From Lobosporangium transversale (lineage: Eukaryota), in the NCBI RefSeq assembly GCF_002105155.1, contig NW_019028994.1, forward strand, positions 558,001 through 622,000: 64,000 nt of DNA. Direction: 5' to 3'. A program made the translations under genes and the position numbers. Positions 37,733 to 54,600 of the stretch are shown here, one piece after another (positions within the stretch are counted from its first letter, which is position 1; each line of letters begins with the position of its first letter). The notes under the pieces are model-generated. The model was not told the origin of the DNA. It did not search any database and saw only the letters and a program-made list of their open reading frames with translations.

Positions 37733-38631
37733 CCTATGCTCCTATGCTAATTCTGCTGTTTTTTGCATTCCCTCCTTTTGGTTTGGTGATTTATTTCCCT
37801 CCAAAACTTTCTTTTTTTCAAAAAGCGTTTATGCGTTTAAAAAAAAAAAAAAAAAAAAAAAATGAGCGTTGAGCATTAAAGGATCTATAATTTCTCTGAC
37901 CAGAATAGTGTACACTGTACTTGTACTTGTACTGTATGCACAAAGAAAGTACAAAGAAAGACGCATTAGGTAGACATGAACAGGCTTTTATTTATTTATT
38001 TATTTATTTATTTTCTTTACTATAACCTTCTACTAGTCTTTTACTAAACAAACTATAGAAACATGTATAATAAAATAACAAAAATAAAAAATAAAAAAAT
38101 GTAGAAAGAGCATAGAAAAACAAAAAGAGAGAAAGAGCAAAGGAGCGGAAACGAGGTCTATACAATGTGGACTGATGCAGGGGTATCAGTTGACTAGAAG
38201 AGACTAGAGTCTAGAGACTAGGGTTGATAAAACCGGAGTGAGGCCCCTCGATTCCAAACTGGTTTTTTTTTTTATTTTTTTATTTTTTTGTTTTCATCAC
38301 CCCAGAGCTTGATGTCAATGATCGGAGCATTGAGTATCCTTTACTTTACTTTACATGTACAGTTACAGTACATAGAGTGCATGTATGAATGTATAGTAGT
38401 CGATCACTGTTTTTCTCTCTTTTTTTTTTTTTTTTTTTTTCTTTTCTTTCTTTTTCCTTGTGAGCGCGTAAAAAAAACTAATAAAAAAATAGAGATATCA
38501 ATTGGCTTTCTCTACTCGTATACTCTATGAATTATATATACCATGCAATGATTTGCAATTGATCGCTCATTTCATTCAGCACTCACACACTCACACACTC
38601 ACTTACACCGCCCGCTCACCATCTTTGGCAA

Positions 38632-38668
<37 letters not shown>

Positions 38669-40500
38669 GATGAGAATAAATGCTCTTCTTTATGACCCGG
38701 TCCATGAGAATGTGTCAGGTTGTTGGCAGAGAATGAATAAGAAATAAAAGATGGAATAAAGAAAAAAGAATGGGAACTGCAAAAGAAGTACCGGCGCTGC
38801 GGATAAACTAAAAACTGCTTGTAGAGCAATTATGGCATTTCAAACACCTCTCTTCCCTGGTGATAAATATATATATATAAATAAAATAAGAAAAGGAAAG
38901 GACTATGCATAAAGAAGGCTTTTGTTGTTTTTGTTTTGTTTTTTTTCTTTTATTTTCTTTTATTTTTATACTATTTGTGAATGTTGTTGACACGTTGGTT
39001 GACAACCTTCTGTGTGAAGCTTTGCACGTACAGTAGACACAATTTGCCCAGTGCCCCCAATGCATGGCATATAAACCAATGCATGTAAAGCATGTGTGGT
39101 GCTGGGGCCATTTTAAAGTTCGGTTCATCCAATGAAATGCCCTCACTACCGAACGGAACACAACGTCCAAAAAAACTTCAGTGACAGCCTTATCTAGCAA
39201 ACCCACAACTGACTACACACAAGGAGGTGGCACTGTCCAAACAGACACACAAGGAAGAAGGGGGGGGATAGTACATGGTCTGAGAACACAAGGACACAGG
39301 GACACAAGGGCACAAGAACACAAGATAGACAGAGACTAGGCGTTTCTTTGTTTCTTTCAATATCAACGTGAGAACTTTTTTATTTTTATTTTTATTTTTT
39401 TATTTTTATTTTTTTATTTTTTTTTTCCTTTTCATTGATAGATAGCCTCGCTCTAAATGCATAGTTTTTATTTTATTTTATTTTTTTTAGGGTCCTCGAT
39501 CAGGGTTCCTTGACCAGCGCTTTGCTTTTAGGGAGAATTAAATGATGATATGCAATGCAGATGATACAACATTCGAAAGAAAAAAAAAACTTCAATGTGG
39601 TTTTTTTTTCATTTTTCTAATCTTTAGAAAAATAAAATTAAAATAAAATAATGATGCATCTATAGCCTCTACCCATTTTTTGGATCTTTGCTACTGGAAA
39701 GAGAGAGAAAGAGAAAAAGAGATCAAAAAGAAAGAGGGAGAGAGGAGGGTTATTGCGTGCATACTATTAATACATGGACCATTAATCCTCTCTCTCTTTA
39801 CTATCCCAATTTTTTTTTTTTTTTTTTTTTTTTTTTACGTAAAAAACAGATTTTAATACTAAATACTAGATTATGCATGTACTTGCTTGACTTCATATAC
39901 ACAAAACCAGATATAAAGAAGATGTAATTTATATACGCGTGTTGGACACACACCACCACAAACACAATCCACATACACCTCCTTGCAGGAACTAGGAGAG
40001 AATTAGATGAACAAATCAATAAAGGATTAGAGGAAATATGAAATATGAAATAAGGAATAAAAAAGAATAATGAGTAATGAAATGTAGGAGGAAGGGGAAG
40101 AGGGGGGTGAAGAGGGGCGAAGGGTTTCTGTTTGACACGCGAGGCCCAGACCAGGAACAATGGCGCCATGCACCAGATCAAATATCAAATAAGTAAAAAA
40201 GCACGTTGACCAAAAAAATAAAGAATTTTTCCTTTCAGGCTTTTCACTCTTCAATGGTTTCCTATTGTTCTACGTTTGAGCTGCATGATTGCATCGATCT
40301 CTGGGTGTAAATGTTATAAATGTAATAGATACTATGAACACAAGTATACAGATGTCATTGCTTTTGGTACTAAACTGCTACTTTATCCAAGAAAAATTGC
40401 GGATGCCAAAGGGGATGACAGATACAGATATACAGTATAACAGGTTTATCTTGCTGGGTTTAAGCATAATTGGGCAATGATGTATGAGATGCATAGAAGG

Positions 40501-40532
<32 letters not shown>

Positions 40533-41233
40533 CTTTTGGTCTGGTCTGGTCTGGTCTGGTCTGATCAAGAAGAGGGAACACAACGTTACTCATCGGAGGA
40601 TTATTTGGTCCTTTACAAATCAATGTTGGCTAAATAAAAGTGACACCGAAGGGGGATTGGAAAGTAGGGAAAGTGACAGACCAAAGACGCTCTTCCTCTT
40701 TGTCTCCTCTCTCCGCTCCGCCATTGTACTTCCTGTCCTCCCGAACCCGAACCCGAACCCGAACTGAACTCACTCAATATACTGTGTATACGTTATTAGG
40801 TACATATACTTACAATGGAATGAGCCATGTTGTACACACTCTGGCACTCTAACACTCTATAGGTTATAGACAAAGAGTGCATGTGTTTCGTGTTCGTTAC
40901 AAGTAAATGCATCGATGCATTCTTTTTTGTTGATCATCTCTATAGAGCTTTTTTTTTTTTTTTTTTTTGTGGCAATACAAAAGAAAAGATGTAGAGTTTC
41001 TATTGAGTGTCTATTGAATCAAAAAAGAAATCTTATCCAATTCGTCATACCCTATTGTCTCCGTCATGATTGCTGGTTCTCGCTCTCATCACATACATGC
41101 ACGTCAATACATGGACCATGGGCAATGGGCCAAGTATATCTGTTAAGCAAAGCCAAAATCTTTTTTATCCGCCCCTCCCCATCTAGTCTATTTCATTCTA
41201 TCCCTTCGATCCCTTCAACCACAAGGTTAAAAA

Positions 41234-41269
<36 letters not shown>

Positions 41270-42265
41270 AATTGCCCAGTTCCTGTACACATTAAAAAAA
41301 AACTATATTTTTGTGTGTAATTGAAACCCATTTCGGTTCGAATCGAATCGACACAACAACAAAAATAATAAAATGCAAATGAGGTGAGGAGGCTGGTAAG
41401 CACATTCTCATTAGAAATATAAATGCAACGTTTGAGTGAAATTACATGTACACAAGGGAGAGAGAATAGGCTGACCCTAGCCCCTGAAAAATAAAAAAAA
41501 CATTGCTAATTCACTAATTGCTGCTCAGTCATAGAAAGAAATAGACAGAAGACTGTGTGTGAGAGAGAGAGAGAGAGAGAAAGAGAGTAATGCATCCACC
41601 ATACAAACACACACACACATCTATACACATACACTATGTATATATTATATAGTAATTATACATATTATATATATATATAAATATATAGTTAGTTAACATA
41701 GTGAGCGAAAGTAGTGGCAAGGGAATGAGATTCCAATTGGTGATAAATGAGTTAGAGACCTTGAAAGAGGACCAAGACCTGATTTTTTTCTTTTTTCTTG
41801 ATGCATGGAGTTTCAAAAAAATAAAACAATCGATGCTCACAATAATGGTTGAGTTGAGCAGGTATATATGCTGAGCAAAAGGCTTTTTTAAAAAAAATAA
41901 AATAAAATAGAGGATGAGCAAGATGGCATGGCCCAACATCATGGTCCATGCTTAGCAGAGCTGCATGTTCAATGTGGAAGGTGCATCTGCATTTATTTTG
42001 AAATAATGGTCCTACCTAATTCCTGGTACATGTAACATCTCCCATGTCACAATTGTCATCGCCCATCAGTCCAAATTTTTTTTTTCTTATTCTTCTATAG
42101 CTCAATTACTCGTGACAAAGGGCGAATAAATAAAAGATAAAAATAAAAAATAAAAATGTGCACCTTAAACGTCTCAAGGTGCATTCTTTTTTTTTTTATT
42201 TTATTTTTTTTATTATACCTTTTGCTTGCTTGCTTGCCTCATTGCTTGCTTCATTGCTTGAACGC

Positions 42266-42296
<31 letters not shown>

Positions 42297-42913
42297 CTCG
42301 TCCGTTGTTAAAATATGTTACATGTTTTTTTTTTTTTTTTTATCGCTCAAAAAGCTCACATACAGCCAGCCATCAGCTAACAGCATCAGCAGGAGTCAGA
42401 AGGAGTAAAGAGGGAGCATAAAGCTTTTATAACTGGTTGCAAAAATAATGCCGCACCAGAGAAATAGTATCACATTGCCATAAGACCAATGGTCGCGCTT
42501 CAACATTGCTTTTAGAAAAAAGAGAAAAATAAGAAAACATAAAATAAATATAAAATAAATATAAAACAAAAACAAAAACAATGATCGAATGGGCTTGTCC
42601 TTTTGATATGATTGAACAAGAAACATTATAATGTTGGATCAAGAAATTGAATGCTTTTTACAAAAGAGTAAAAAGAAAAAGGACTAAAAAAAGGGAGCTC
42701 TTTTCCCTATTGTTCACTCTCTTCTGCACCTTTACCAGTACATGAATCTGCATAGTCTGGACAGCCGTTGATTGGCTCGCTACAGTTCCATCATTACCCC
42801 CATTTACACCTACAAACTAACTCACAAGACCCCACCCGTTTTTTTTTTTTTTTTTATCTTTTTTATGCCTTCGCCTCTATGCCTTTGACTTTAGAGCTTT
42901 GCCTATTGGCTTT

Positions 42914-42947
<34 letters not shown>

Positions 42948-42972
42948 GTTTTCCTTTTGCCACCTTTTGTTC

Positions 42973-43003
<31 letters not shown>

Positions 43004-46000
43004 AATGAACACGCGATAAGGAATGACATGTATGCGTTGATTTGCATTGGAAAAGCGAGATTTGCGAGCATACATTACGGTCATGAGTGGACCATGGAGC
43101 AAAGTCTAGTACCTTGTTTTCCCACTGATTAGAAATTTATTCATGCTTTATTACTATTGTCTCAAAAACAATAACCGAGCAAAGGATCAAAGAGTTTTGT
43201 GGAGGCAAAGAGGATAGGGGAGGGTGGTTGTTACATGTTTTGTTCTGCATATTTGCCAAGCGGATAGTGAATGAGTAAGAGATAGAGGGATGACGATCAC
43301 CTACCTCAAAAACGAGATGGAACAAACACTCCTTTCTTCATTCTCAGCAGGATGATCAATCTACAATATATGCAATATATACAATATATATATTCGTGTT
43401 GTTTGTGTTGTATGTGTATATGTTGTGTTTATGCAAGTAACCAAAACCACGACCTCTAAGGCTGTAACCGCTCGACTGTCTGTCTCACTGGGCATCTTGT
43501 TGATGTGCCGTTACGGACGTATGGTTGTGATAATTCATGTTCGATGGCAACTTTCTTTTTCTTCTTCCTTCTGATAATCAGACCAATCTATTTAGGTTTT
43601 GTCTCTACCTCATCTTGATAGAACAGTTGATTGCTGACCAATCCGTTCACCTTTGAACCTCCGCTCCTCGTCATCCTCCATCGTCGCTCTTCAAAGTTTC
43701 TTTCTTTTTTACTTGCATGTCTATACTTTACTTGTCTCTTCCCGCGCCTTTTTCTTTCTTTCCCAGTCTCCAAAAGATATATATATATATATTTTTTGGC
43801 GCGTAATTATTTTCTATGGCATAATATATATTTTATTTTATTTTTTTTTTTAGTTGGTTATGGGAGGATGATGTATTCGTTGCTTATGTGGTTTGTTCCC
43901 GTCGACATGCAGGTCCTAATTAACGTTGAACTATTTGGTTGGAAGCACTAATGAGGAGAATTTTCTATTTCTGCAAAAAAAAAAAAAAAAATTCTTTTTT
44001 GCTATAGCGTTTATTGTTTGCGACTTGTTGTGATTCTTCTTCCTTTTTCTTGTCTTTCTCTCTCTCTCTTTTCGTTCGTTTGTCAAAGAGGTGGCCCCGT
44101 CGCGATTTGCATTATCGTTCATTTAAGAACTTTGGTTCTCTGTTCAACTAACCTGACTGATTTTCTAAAGTCTTTTTAGGAACGCATTTTTTTTTTTATT
44201 TTTATTTTTATTATTTTTATTAAAATTAATTATCTCCGAATGGGATTTTCTTTCCTCTTTTTTTTTTTTTCCTTTTTCCTTTCTTTGTTGTCTTTGCCAC
44301 TTTGCCTCTATCATTGATCTCTTTATCACTTTATCTCTTTGTGGACAGAGAAAGAACAGCGTAGAAGTGACATGGAAGATATAGTCAACCTAGAGACTTG
44401 TAATATGATACATGTCCATGTCTATAGGCTAGAATAAAAAAAAAAAGAAATAAAAAAGAAAGTAAAGTAAAAAGCAAAAATAAAAATTAAAATAAAAAGC
44501 GGAAATAAATAAATCGGGTGTACTGTACATGTACTGTAGCACTGAATTGACTGAATAGGAAACATCTCCTGTGCAACGATGGGTGAAACCTCCGGTTATG
44601 TCAATTGCTCAGAAAAAAGGGACCAACGGATATTTACTTGACATCGCACATTAGAGCAGACCGTTTGGGTACGGTACTTTGCTCTTGCCATTTGCTCCGA
44701 GAGGGAGATTGAAAATAAAACAAAAGATGGAAGGGATATCTATACTATTCAATTCATTCGATACTATAGGCACAGCATGCCTTTTTTTTTTTTTTTTTTT
44801 AAACTATTTAGGCTAATCATTCTTTATTATACACATGGTGCTTTGAGTAACAAAGGTATGCATATAGTCATTCAATCCTATTATATATATACGATATTAT
44901 ATGTATATAAAAAAAAGATATGCAATTCAATCAGACCCTGTTGTGCAGGCATTGTCAAGGGGAAGGAGTAAAATAAAGCATTTTGCACATAAAAATATCT
45001 TTGTTTTCAATCCTTTCTACACCAAATAACAATAACAATAACAATAGCGATAACAACAATAATGCAGTAGCAGTGTCCAACAACAATAAAGAGGATAAAA
45101 ACGATGGCAACGACCGAAATAAAATAGAGAAGAGAAACGTAAATAGAATGGAAATAAAGTAAAAAGTAAAAAACAAAAAAATGGCGCCAAAGAAGTGATT
45201 ATCGGTTGGGATTGGATTGGGTTGGATTGGATTGATAGGGCATTTGAATGGATAAACAAGAATATATATCCGTCTATGTACACAATACAATCAAATCAAT
45301 TGGCCCCAACTCAACTCTAAAAAACTCTCTTTGCGCAGAGAAAGAGCAAGGAAAGAAAAGAAAAGAAAAGAAAGAGAGGAAGAAGAAAAGAAAAAGAAAA
45401 AGAAAAAGAAAAAGAAATAAGGAATGAATAAGAAAAAGACATTCAATCCGCTTTTCTTTATTTCTTTCTTTATTCCATTTACTTTAATGCATCCACAGTC
45501 AGAACAATTGACCTTAACTGTGTGTTCCTGTGCCTGATGTCTGTTACCCTCTGTGAATTCGTTTTTATTTCTTTATCTTAGTCTATTGTTCCTGGCCTAT
45601 CCTTCTCTTGTCCCCGGTATATAAACCATCTCACTTCCCCCCTCACTTTCTTACAAAAACATAAAACCTACTCTTCTCTCTTAGAAGCTCTTTCATCAGT
45701 CTCTTCCTCTGTCCTCCGTCTCCTCTCTTTCATTCCTTTCTCCTCTCCATTCGATATACCCCTCTCCCCCTTGGGACAACAGGCGAACATCATCCCTCCT
45801 CCTTTATCTTTTACTGTTGCACCTTTCAAATCATATCCCCCTTTTTTTTTTTTTTTTTATCCAAATACCGAGCACAAGGTAATATTCCCTTCCTTCCTTC
45901 CTTCCTTCCTTCGATTCCTCTTTTCTTCATCTGCTCAGGCTTGCACAACCGTCCGATTCTCCAGCGCAAAATACCCTTTTTCATTCTTCATCCCTTTACT

Positions 46001-46427
46001 TTCATGCTCTCCAAATCCTTATGCAGCATCGTATAACGTGGTGTATACAACCACATTTGATATGCACATCATCTGTTGCATCGGTCCTAACTTGCCAAAC
46101 CACACCACCCAACATCTTCATAAAAATGCCTTCATCCCCCCCCCCCTCCCCTTTTTCTCTCTTTCCAATCTAACTAACATCTAAATTGTCTTTGTGTTTA
46201 CGTTTGTGTCCAATAGAAGGCTGTTCTTCCCCTGCATAACTCCCTACTCCTCCATTCCTCGTTTGAAACTACACGAACCATTTTCATTTCGTTCCTTTTT
46301 TCACCCCTCTGTTTATCTATCCTATCCCTATTCCCTATCCTTTCCTTTTCCCTCTTTTTTATTTACTTTTTTTCGCCCCTTGTGGCTTTAGTTTTTCAAA
46401 ATTAATCCCTTGAACCCCCTGCCCAAG

Positions 46428-47916
<1,489 letters not shown>

Positions 47917-48521
47917 AGCAAAGAAGCAAAAGCAAAAACAAAAGCAAAAGCAAAAAAAAAAAAAGACTTTATATTATATCTTGCATTTATTATACCCTTT
48001 TTCCTTTCAGAAAACATGGCTTTTGGAATCTTTGAACTGTTCCTCCGTTAAGCATGTGTTTTGATTCTTTCTTTTTAATATCCTTTCTTTCTTTACCCAT
48101 TGATGATCTTTATCCTTCATTAAGGAAAGAAGAAAGAAGAAAGTGAAGAAAGTCTTTTTTTTTTTTTTTTTTATTTTTTTTCCTTTATTGCTATCTTTTT
48201 TATCCTTTTTATATAATTTTTCTAATCTTTGGCATTCCATTATTTTTGGTCTATATCTATTACTTTATTATTATTATTATTATATCTTTTCTTTTTTCTT
48301 TTTTTCTTTTTTTATGAGGAAAAAAAAAAAAAAAAAAAAAAAAACTATCCTTTTTATTCCTCACTGTACAGATTTTTTATTTATTTATTTATTTATTTTA
48401 TCTCATCCTTCTACTTCAATTTTAGTTGTAGTTTAATATTGTTTTCTCTTTTGATATTTGCTATTTCAGTTTGTATCATCTATTCTCTCTCTATTCTATT
48501 CTCAATAAATAAATTATTTGC

Positions 48522-48598
48522 TTAAAAAAAAAAAGAGTGCACGTGAGATATATTTAAATGAACATGCATTTACATAAGAAAAAAAAAAAACATTACCA
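48522..48598 (+). repeat. Direct repeat, copy 1 (upstream of NLR-B unit)
   Basis: tt-An-gagtgcacgtgagatatatttaaatgaacatgcatttacataa-An-cattacca; matches 56285-56385. Confidence 0.75.
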
Positions 48599-48615
48599 CT
48601 TTTGCCCTTGAGAAG

Positions 48616-48653
<38 letters not shown>

Positions 48654-51600
48654 GACAGGGCTGAGCACGCGTAACTGTTTGCAAGAAAATAAAGTGAAAC
48701 TAGAGAGACATTAAAAAGAAGGTGCCCTTGAAGTTGAGGTTGAAGTCGAAGGATATCTCTTAAGGGGGAAACAAAGCGAAGTGAACCCGCATTTTATAAT
48801 GCTCACTTGTATGCATGCATGCATGCTTACTTTCTTTCTTCTCTCTTTTCTTTCTCATAACTTCGCCGCATACAACGTCACACAACCCCCCCCCCCCCCC
48901 CCAGCTGATTTTTCTTAAAAAAACTCGAATTCTTGAGTAAGGGACATGCCTCCACCACCTCCTTGGAACTTACAAAAGACGTTCACTCACTTATGAAGCT
49001 CACTACTAACACACGCTTTCAAACAAAAACCACATTTTCTTTGAAATGAATAGATTATAATCAAATAGAAATAGAAATAAAAATAAAAAGGGCGAACAAT
49101 AGTCCATGTTTGGCAATACAGATACTCCACCACGAAGTGTACTCTTGCCAGCACAAGCCCTGAAACTCTTTGATTTCTACATAAAGGGCGCTCGCACTAT
49201 AGACGACAATAGCAGCGACATAGTGATGGAGCTATGTCTCGATGCTGACTCTGTGCTGTCTCGAATCCACAAACCCATGAGAAAGTCACTCGCCTCAATA
49301 TCTTCAACCTCTTCAGCTTCCAATGAAGACCTAATGTTATGCAAAGGCATAGCCTCGGCCTACCATGAGCTTTCCCGTTTATTTGAACAGCTAGGTCACT
49401 CAGATGTCGCTCAAAGCCGTGGCAAGAAAGCTGAAAAATGGGGATATATCCAAGAGAGCAGCAGCAATGATAGCAATAACAGCAACAACAACAGCAACAA
49501 ACAAGAAAACAGCGGACCTATCAGCAGCAAGTTAATTAGAACGGTTAAAACAGTGCAGGCCATTGCAACTATTTCAAAGGATGTTTTTAACCATGATGAA
49601 CCTCCAACAGCCATCAGGTACAGCTTACCAGATGCTGGTTCTCACTTGAATGACATCCACCAGCTCGTGTACTGTCTCAGTTTGCTTTCTAATGCTTATG
49701 TACCAACAAATGATCTTGATGACCGTGAAAAGGAGTGGTGCCAGAGTGTGTTGAACGATCAAGATGAATATGATCGACTACGAAAGCTGGTATCGGATGT
49801 GATCGAGATGTTCATTAGTGACCAAATCAAGGTCGAAGCCACTGTCATGGAGGCTGCAACCCTGGCTCCGGTCCTCGATCAGGCTCAGTTTAGGACACTA
49901 CTCATGGCTTTGGTCAACGGAATCAGCCAGAACATCACGTTGGAGACTCATTTGCTTGAAGGATTGGCCCAATTGATGCAGCATGCTCCTCCTGGATATC
50001 TCGATTCGGATGACCTTGTCTCAATCCTCAACACTCTTAGCTCCCGCTTACAAAGCACTCATAGACAATCTTCCGACCATCTCTATCGTCTGTCCACTAC
50101 AGTCTCACATGTTCTCGATGCCATGGTCAACAACCAAGTCAAAGGTTTAAAGCGAGAACAACTCCATGGACCACTTTCAGCATTCCTTCAGGAACTGAAA
50201 GCCAGCTCAGATCCTCAACTAGTCTACCAAGCCGCTTATGCCTTCCAAGCCTTGCAATATATACCTGACGACGAATCAACAGTACAAGCCATGCTTCGAC
50301 GGACATCAACAGTGCTTCGAGGAGTGTTTGGAGTAGTGAGTGCTGTTAAAGGCTTAGATCTGAATGCCTTCATGGATGAGATAAGCAACATTCAGGAAGG
50401 GCTTTCTTCTGTAACAGGTACCATTGATATGAGTCTGAATGTATATACCAGTGTAACCTCACTATATGAGAGTGGATCGACATTCAGACAGTGTATGGAA
50501 GAAGGACTTAGCTTCAGTCACAAGTCAGCATGGTACCCAGCATTGCGTGGAGCTGATGAGCTAATCCAAAGAGGCGAGTTCACCAAGTTCAAGGATCTTG
50601 TGTGTGAATCATCTTGTCGAAATGATGCAGCATTCCAATGGGGACTATGTCAGAGGCTGGGACAGATTGCAGCTGATACACAATGGACCATTGAAACTCG
50701 AAAGGATGCCATCACACTCCTAGGAGAGATGTACAAGAATGACCAAGAGTGGGGTAATCATTCACATATCAAGCAGTGGATCATAAGTATCCTTAGAGAG
50801 CTATCCTCATTACCGCCAGATGGTCTACAAGGTGCATATTTTTTATCTTTTTCTGTGGATATGCTTGGATGTTGGCGATTCTCAGTGTATGATGATTTAT
50901 CTACTCACTCTATACTCATACTATTATTCTTTCTCTTTTCAGCTGCAGACACTCTCTTGGATGGTCTAGTGGAATATGGAGACACCAAGAAACAAGAGCT
51001 ATATAGGAAGTGTCTTCAAGAGCCAATGGCTCAGCATCCCTTCATCATCACACATCCTTCACCTACATCTTCACGCTTGCTTGACCGTGCACAAAATAGG
51101 CCCAATGTTGAGGACAGTCTACGGCAACTAAAGAGACAGCGGATGGAGGTTGGAAACAACCAAGGATTCTACATCCAACAGTATGCCAAAGCAAATCCTC
51201 AAGCAAGCGATGACAAGCTGTTCTTGCTGATGGATAAGGTGAAAGAGTTCTTGGATAGCGACCAGAAAGTGCTACTTGTCCAAGGTGATTCAGGAGCAGG
51301 CAAGTCTACATTCAATCGCACTCTGGAACGCACACTCTGGGAGACATATCAAAATAGACACGGTCGGATTCCACTGTTTATCAATCTCCCAGCCATCGAC
51401 AAGCCAGAGAAGGATCTTGTAGCAAAGCAGCTGCGACACTACGATTTTACAGACTCACAGATCAAGGAGTTGAAGAAGAGTCGATCATTCATCCTGATCT
51501 GTGATGGATATGATGAGAGCATGCAGACCAGCAACCTCTATGTCGTCAACCAGCTGAATAAGTCTGGAGAGTGGAGAGCTCAAATGGTGATTAGCTGCCG

Positions 51601-54600
51601 CAGCGAATACCTTGGATTAGACTATCGAGATCGCTTCCAACCTATGGACCGCAATCATCAAGCAGATGATGGATTGTTTGAAGAGGCTGTGATCATGCCA
51701 TTCTCTGAGACTCAGATCGATGACTATATCGAACAATATGTCGATGCCATGGATCCACTGTGGCATGCGGAGGACTACCGGCGTGCATTCAAACAGGTCC
51801 CTAGTCTACAAGATCTTGTGAAGAACCCATTCATGCTATCGATGTCACTAGAAGTACTCCCACGAATGGTGGATCCAGATCAAGGAATCTCCAACACCAA
51901 GATCAAACGCGTCACACTGTATGACCAGTTCGTTGAGCAGTGGCTCGAGCGAGGCAAGAAGCGACTAAGCGATGTATTAGGACTGGAAGACAGAAGGATG
52001 TATCACAAGCTATTAGATGAAGGGTTTGCACAGAATGGGATCAGATATCTTACCGAGCTAGCCACAGCAATCTACAAGCATCAAGATGGCAACCCAGTAG
52101 TGGACTACTCACCATCCAAGGACAAGGATACATGGAAAGAAGCGTACTTCAGCAAAGAGAATGAAAGGAAGCTTCTACGCGAGGCTTCACCACTTACTCG
52201 TACAGGCAACCAGCACCGGTTTATGCATCGGTCACTCCTAGAGTACAGTTTGGTACGAGCGATGTTTGAGCCTCAGAAAGCAATGAGTACTTCTGCAATC
52301 GATGAAGTAGCAAGGCCGGCAACAGCAGCTTCTCGTCGGCAGAGCATTAGTTCAGTGTTTAGCTTCGAAGGCATGGACACCAAGGGGGACGAGCAGGGAG
52401 TGGAAGTGGCGGAGATTGATGAGACGTCACCATTAGTATGGAGAAGCTTCGTAAGTGAACCATCTGTCCTTCAGTTCTTAGAGGACCGTGCCCGTCTCGA
52501 ACCGGTGTTCAAACAGCAGTTGTACACATATGTGGAGCTCTCGAAGAGCGATAGCAAGTGGCGGATAGCAGCAGCCAATGCGATGACAATCTTGATCCGA
52601 GCAGGCGAGTCATTTATCGAAGCAGACTTGCGAGGCATCCAGATCCCAGGAGCAGACCTCAGCCATGGTATATTTGAGTATGCTCAGCTACAAGGAGCAG
52701 ATCTGAGGAAGGTCAACTTACAGAAGTGTTGGCTTCGTGAAGCAGACTTAAGCGGAGCAAAGATGGCAGGAGTACAGTTTGGGGAATGGCCCCTTCTCGA
52801 AGTTGATGGCATGACATTGCAAGGGTCATACTCGCCTGATGGCAAGACACTCGCTGCTGTTATCCAAAATGACTCATATGAATGCTCAATTGCTATCTAT
52901 GATACATCAACATGGAGGATAATTTCGACTCTGGAGGGCTATGAGATTGGTAGGGAGCTTATATACTCACCAAGCAGTCGATATATCGCCAACTGGTGTT
53001 ATACCGAACCTGCAATTTTAATTTGGGATACAACCTCAGGAGCATTGATTCACCGATTGGAGGGCCATACAAAACGAGTAAACTGTGTAGTGTACTCGCC
53101 AAGCGGAAACGATCTTGCCTCAGCTAGCGATGATGGGTCAGTGCGAGTGTGGGACGCCCAAGCAGGGGTGCTCAAATACAGCTTAGAGGGCCATACAGCC
53201 CACGTGAGGAGTGTTGCATACTCTCCTGATGGACTCCAGATTGCAAGTGGCAGCTTTGACAGGACAGTACGGTTGTGGGATGCGATATTAGGGCAGCAGC
53301 TAATGCAGATGAACCATGAGCATAGGATTGAGCAAATTGTGTATTCACCTAATGGCCAGGAAATTATATCTTGCAGGTATCCCTGCGGTTTCCCGTATGT
53401 GTGGGATGTTGGGTCTGGTCAAAAAAAGTACGAGTTAGAGTATAGCAATGAACCCGGTGCCATTCAGTATTCTCCTAATGGAAAGCTCGTTGCTTCATTC
53501 TCCTCGAATATAGTATACCAATGGGATGTGCAAACAAGAAAGCTCACCCATACTCTTGCAGAGCATCCTGATCGTATCATAGACCTAAAATACTCACCAA
53601 ATGGAGAACAGATAGCCACTTGCAGTCTTGCAAAGACAGTACAGGTTTGGAGCACGAGATCAGGGCAACTCATGAATACTTTTTATGGCCACTCTGGCTT
53701 TATACGTCGTATGGCTTACTCACCAAACAGCCATCAACTTGCATCCTTCAGCGATGATAAGACAATACGGTTTTGGGATACTCGATTGCAGCAACCAAAT
53801 CATGACTCACATGGCCATTTAGCGCCGATCTATGGTGTTAGAAGCTCACCGGATGGGCAGCAGATAGCTTCGCGTAGTTATGATAAAACAGTGCGTATGT
53901 GGGATGCAAGAACAGGACAGTCCACCCATGTTTTACAAAGCATCGATGGATCCATAAAAGGCATCAAGTATTCTCCTGATGGTCAGTTACTAGCTTCTTA
54001 CCATGGTTCTTCACGTGTCTACCTTTGGAATGCTCGAACAGGCCAAGTCGCCCATACCTTGGAACTGCAGGACAGACAAGACGATTGGATCTGCACCTTT
54101 GATTTCTCACCTATTGATCACCAAATTACCTTTGGTCATCGCCGTGGAGATGTGACTATATGGAACACACAAACAGGAGAGCTCATCTACACTCTACAGG
54201 GCCGCATTAAAGCTGTAAGGTGTGTGGTGTTTTCACCTGATGGCCATCATCTTGCTTCGTATGATGAAGATGGCGCTCTTAGAGTCTGGAAAGTTTATTC
54301 AGGTGACCTTTGTTATGAAGTAAAGGCTGGAGAAAGGACGGGCAAATCTATCAAATACACACCTGATGGCCGAAAAATAGTGGTTGATTGCAGCTATGCC
54401 TTTCGTGAGGTGCAAGTACGGAACGCAGGAACGGGTGAGCTTTGCTATATAATACCTGAGTATTTTACAAGGGTAGGACCAATTTCACCATGTAGTCAAA
54501 GGATGGCTGGTCTGTGTGACAATGGACAAATTAATGTGGTGGATATGCAAACGGGAGCTGTTTTGTATATGCTTGAAGGGCACACCAAGGAGATCACAGA

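Noticed and set aside
34100..46400. Dozens of 60-250 aa ORFs rich in F or K (e.g. 36182-36940)
   Set aside because: Produced by poly-T/poly-A tracts and microsatellites; no domain motifs or coherent splice structure.
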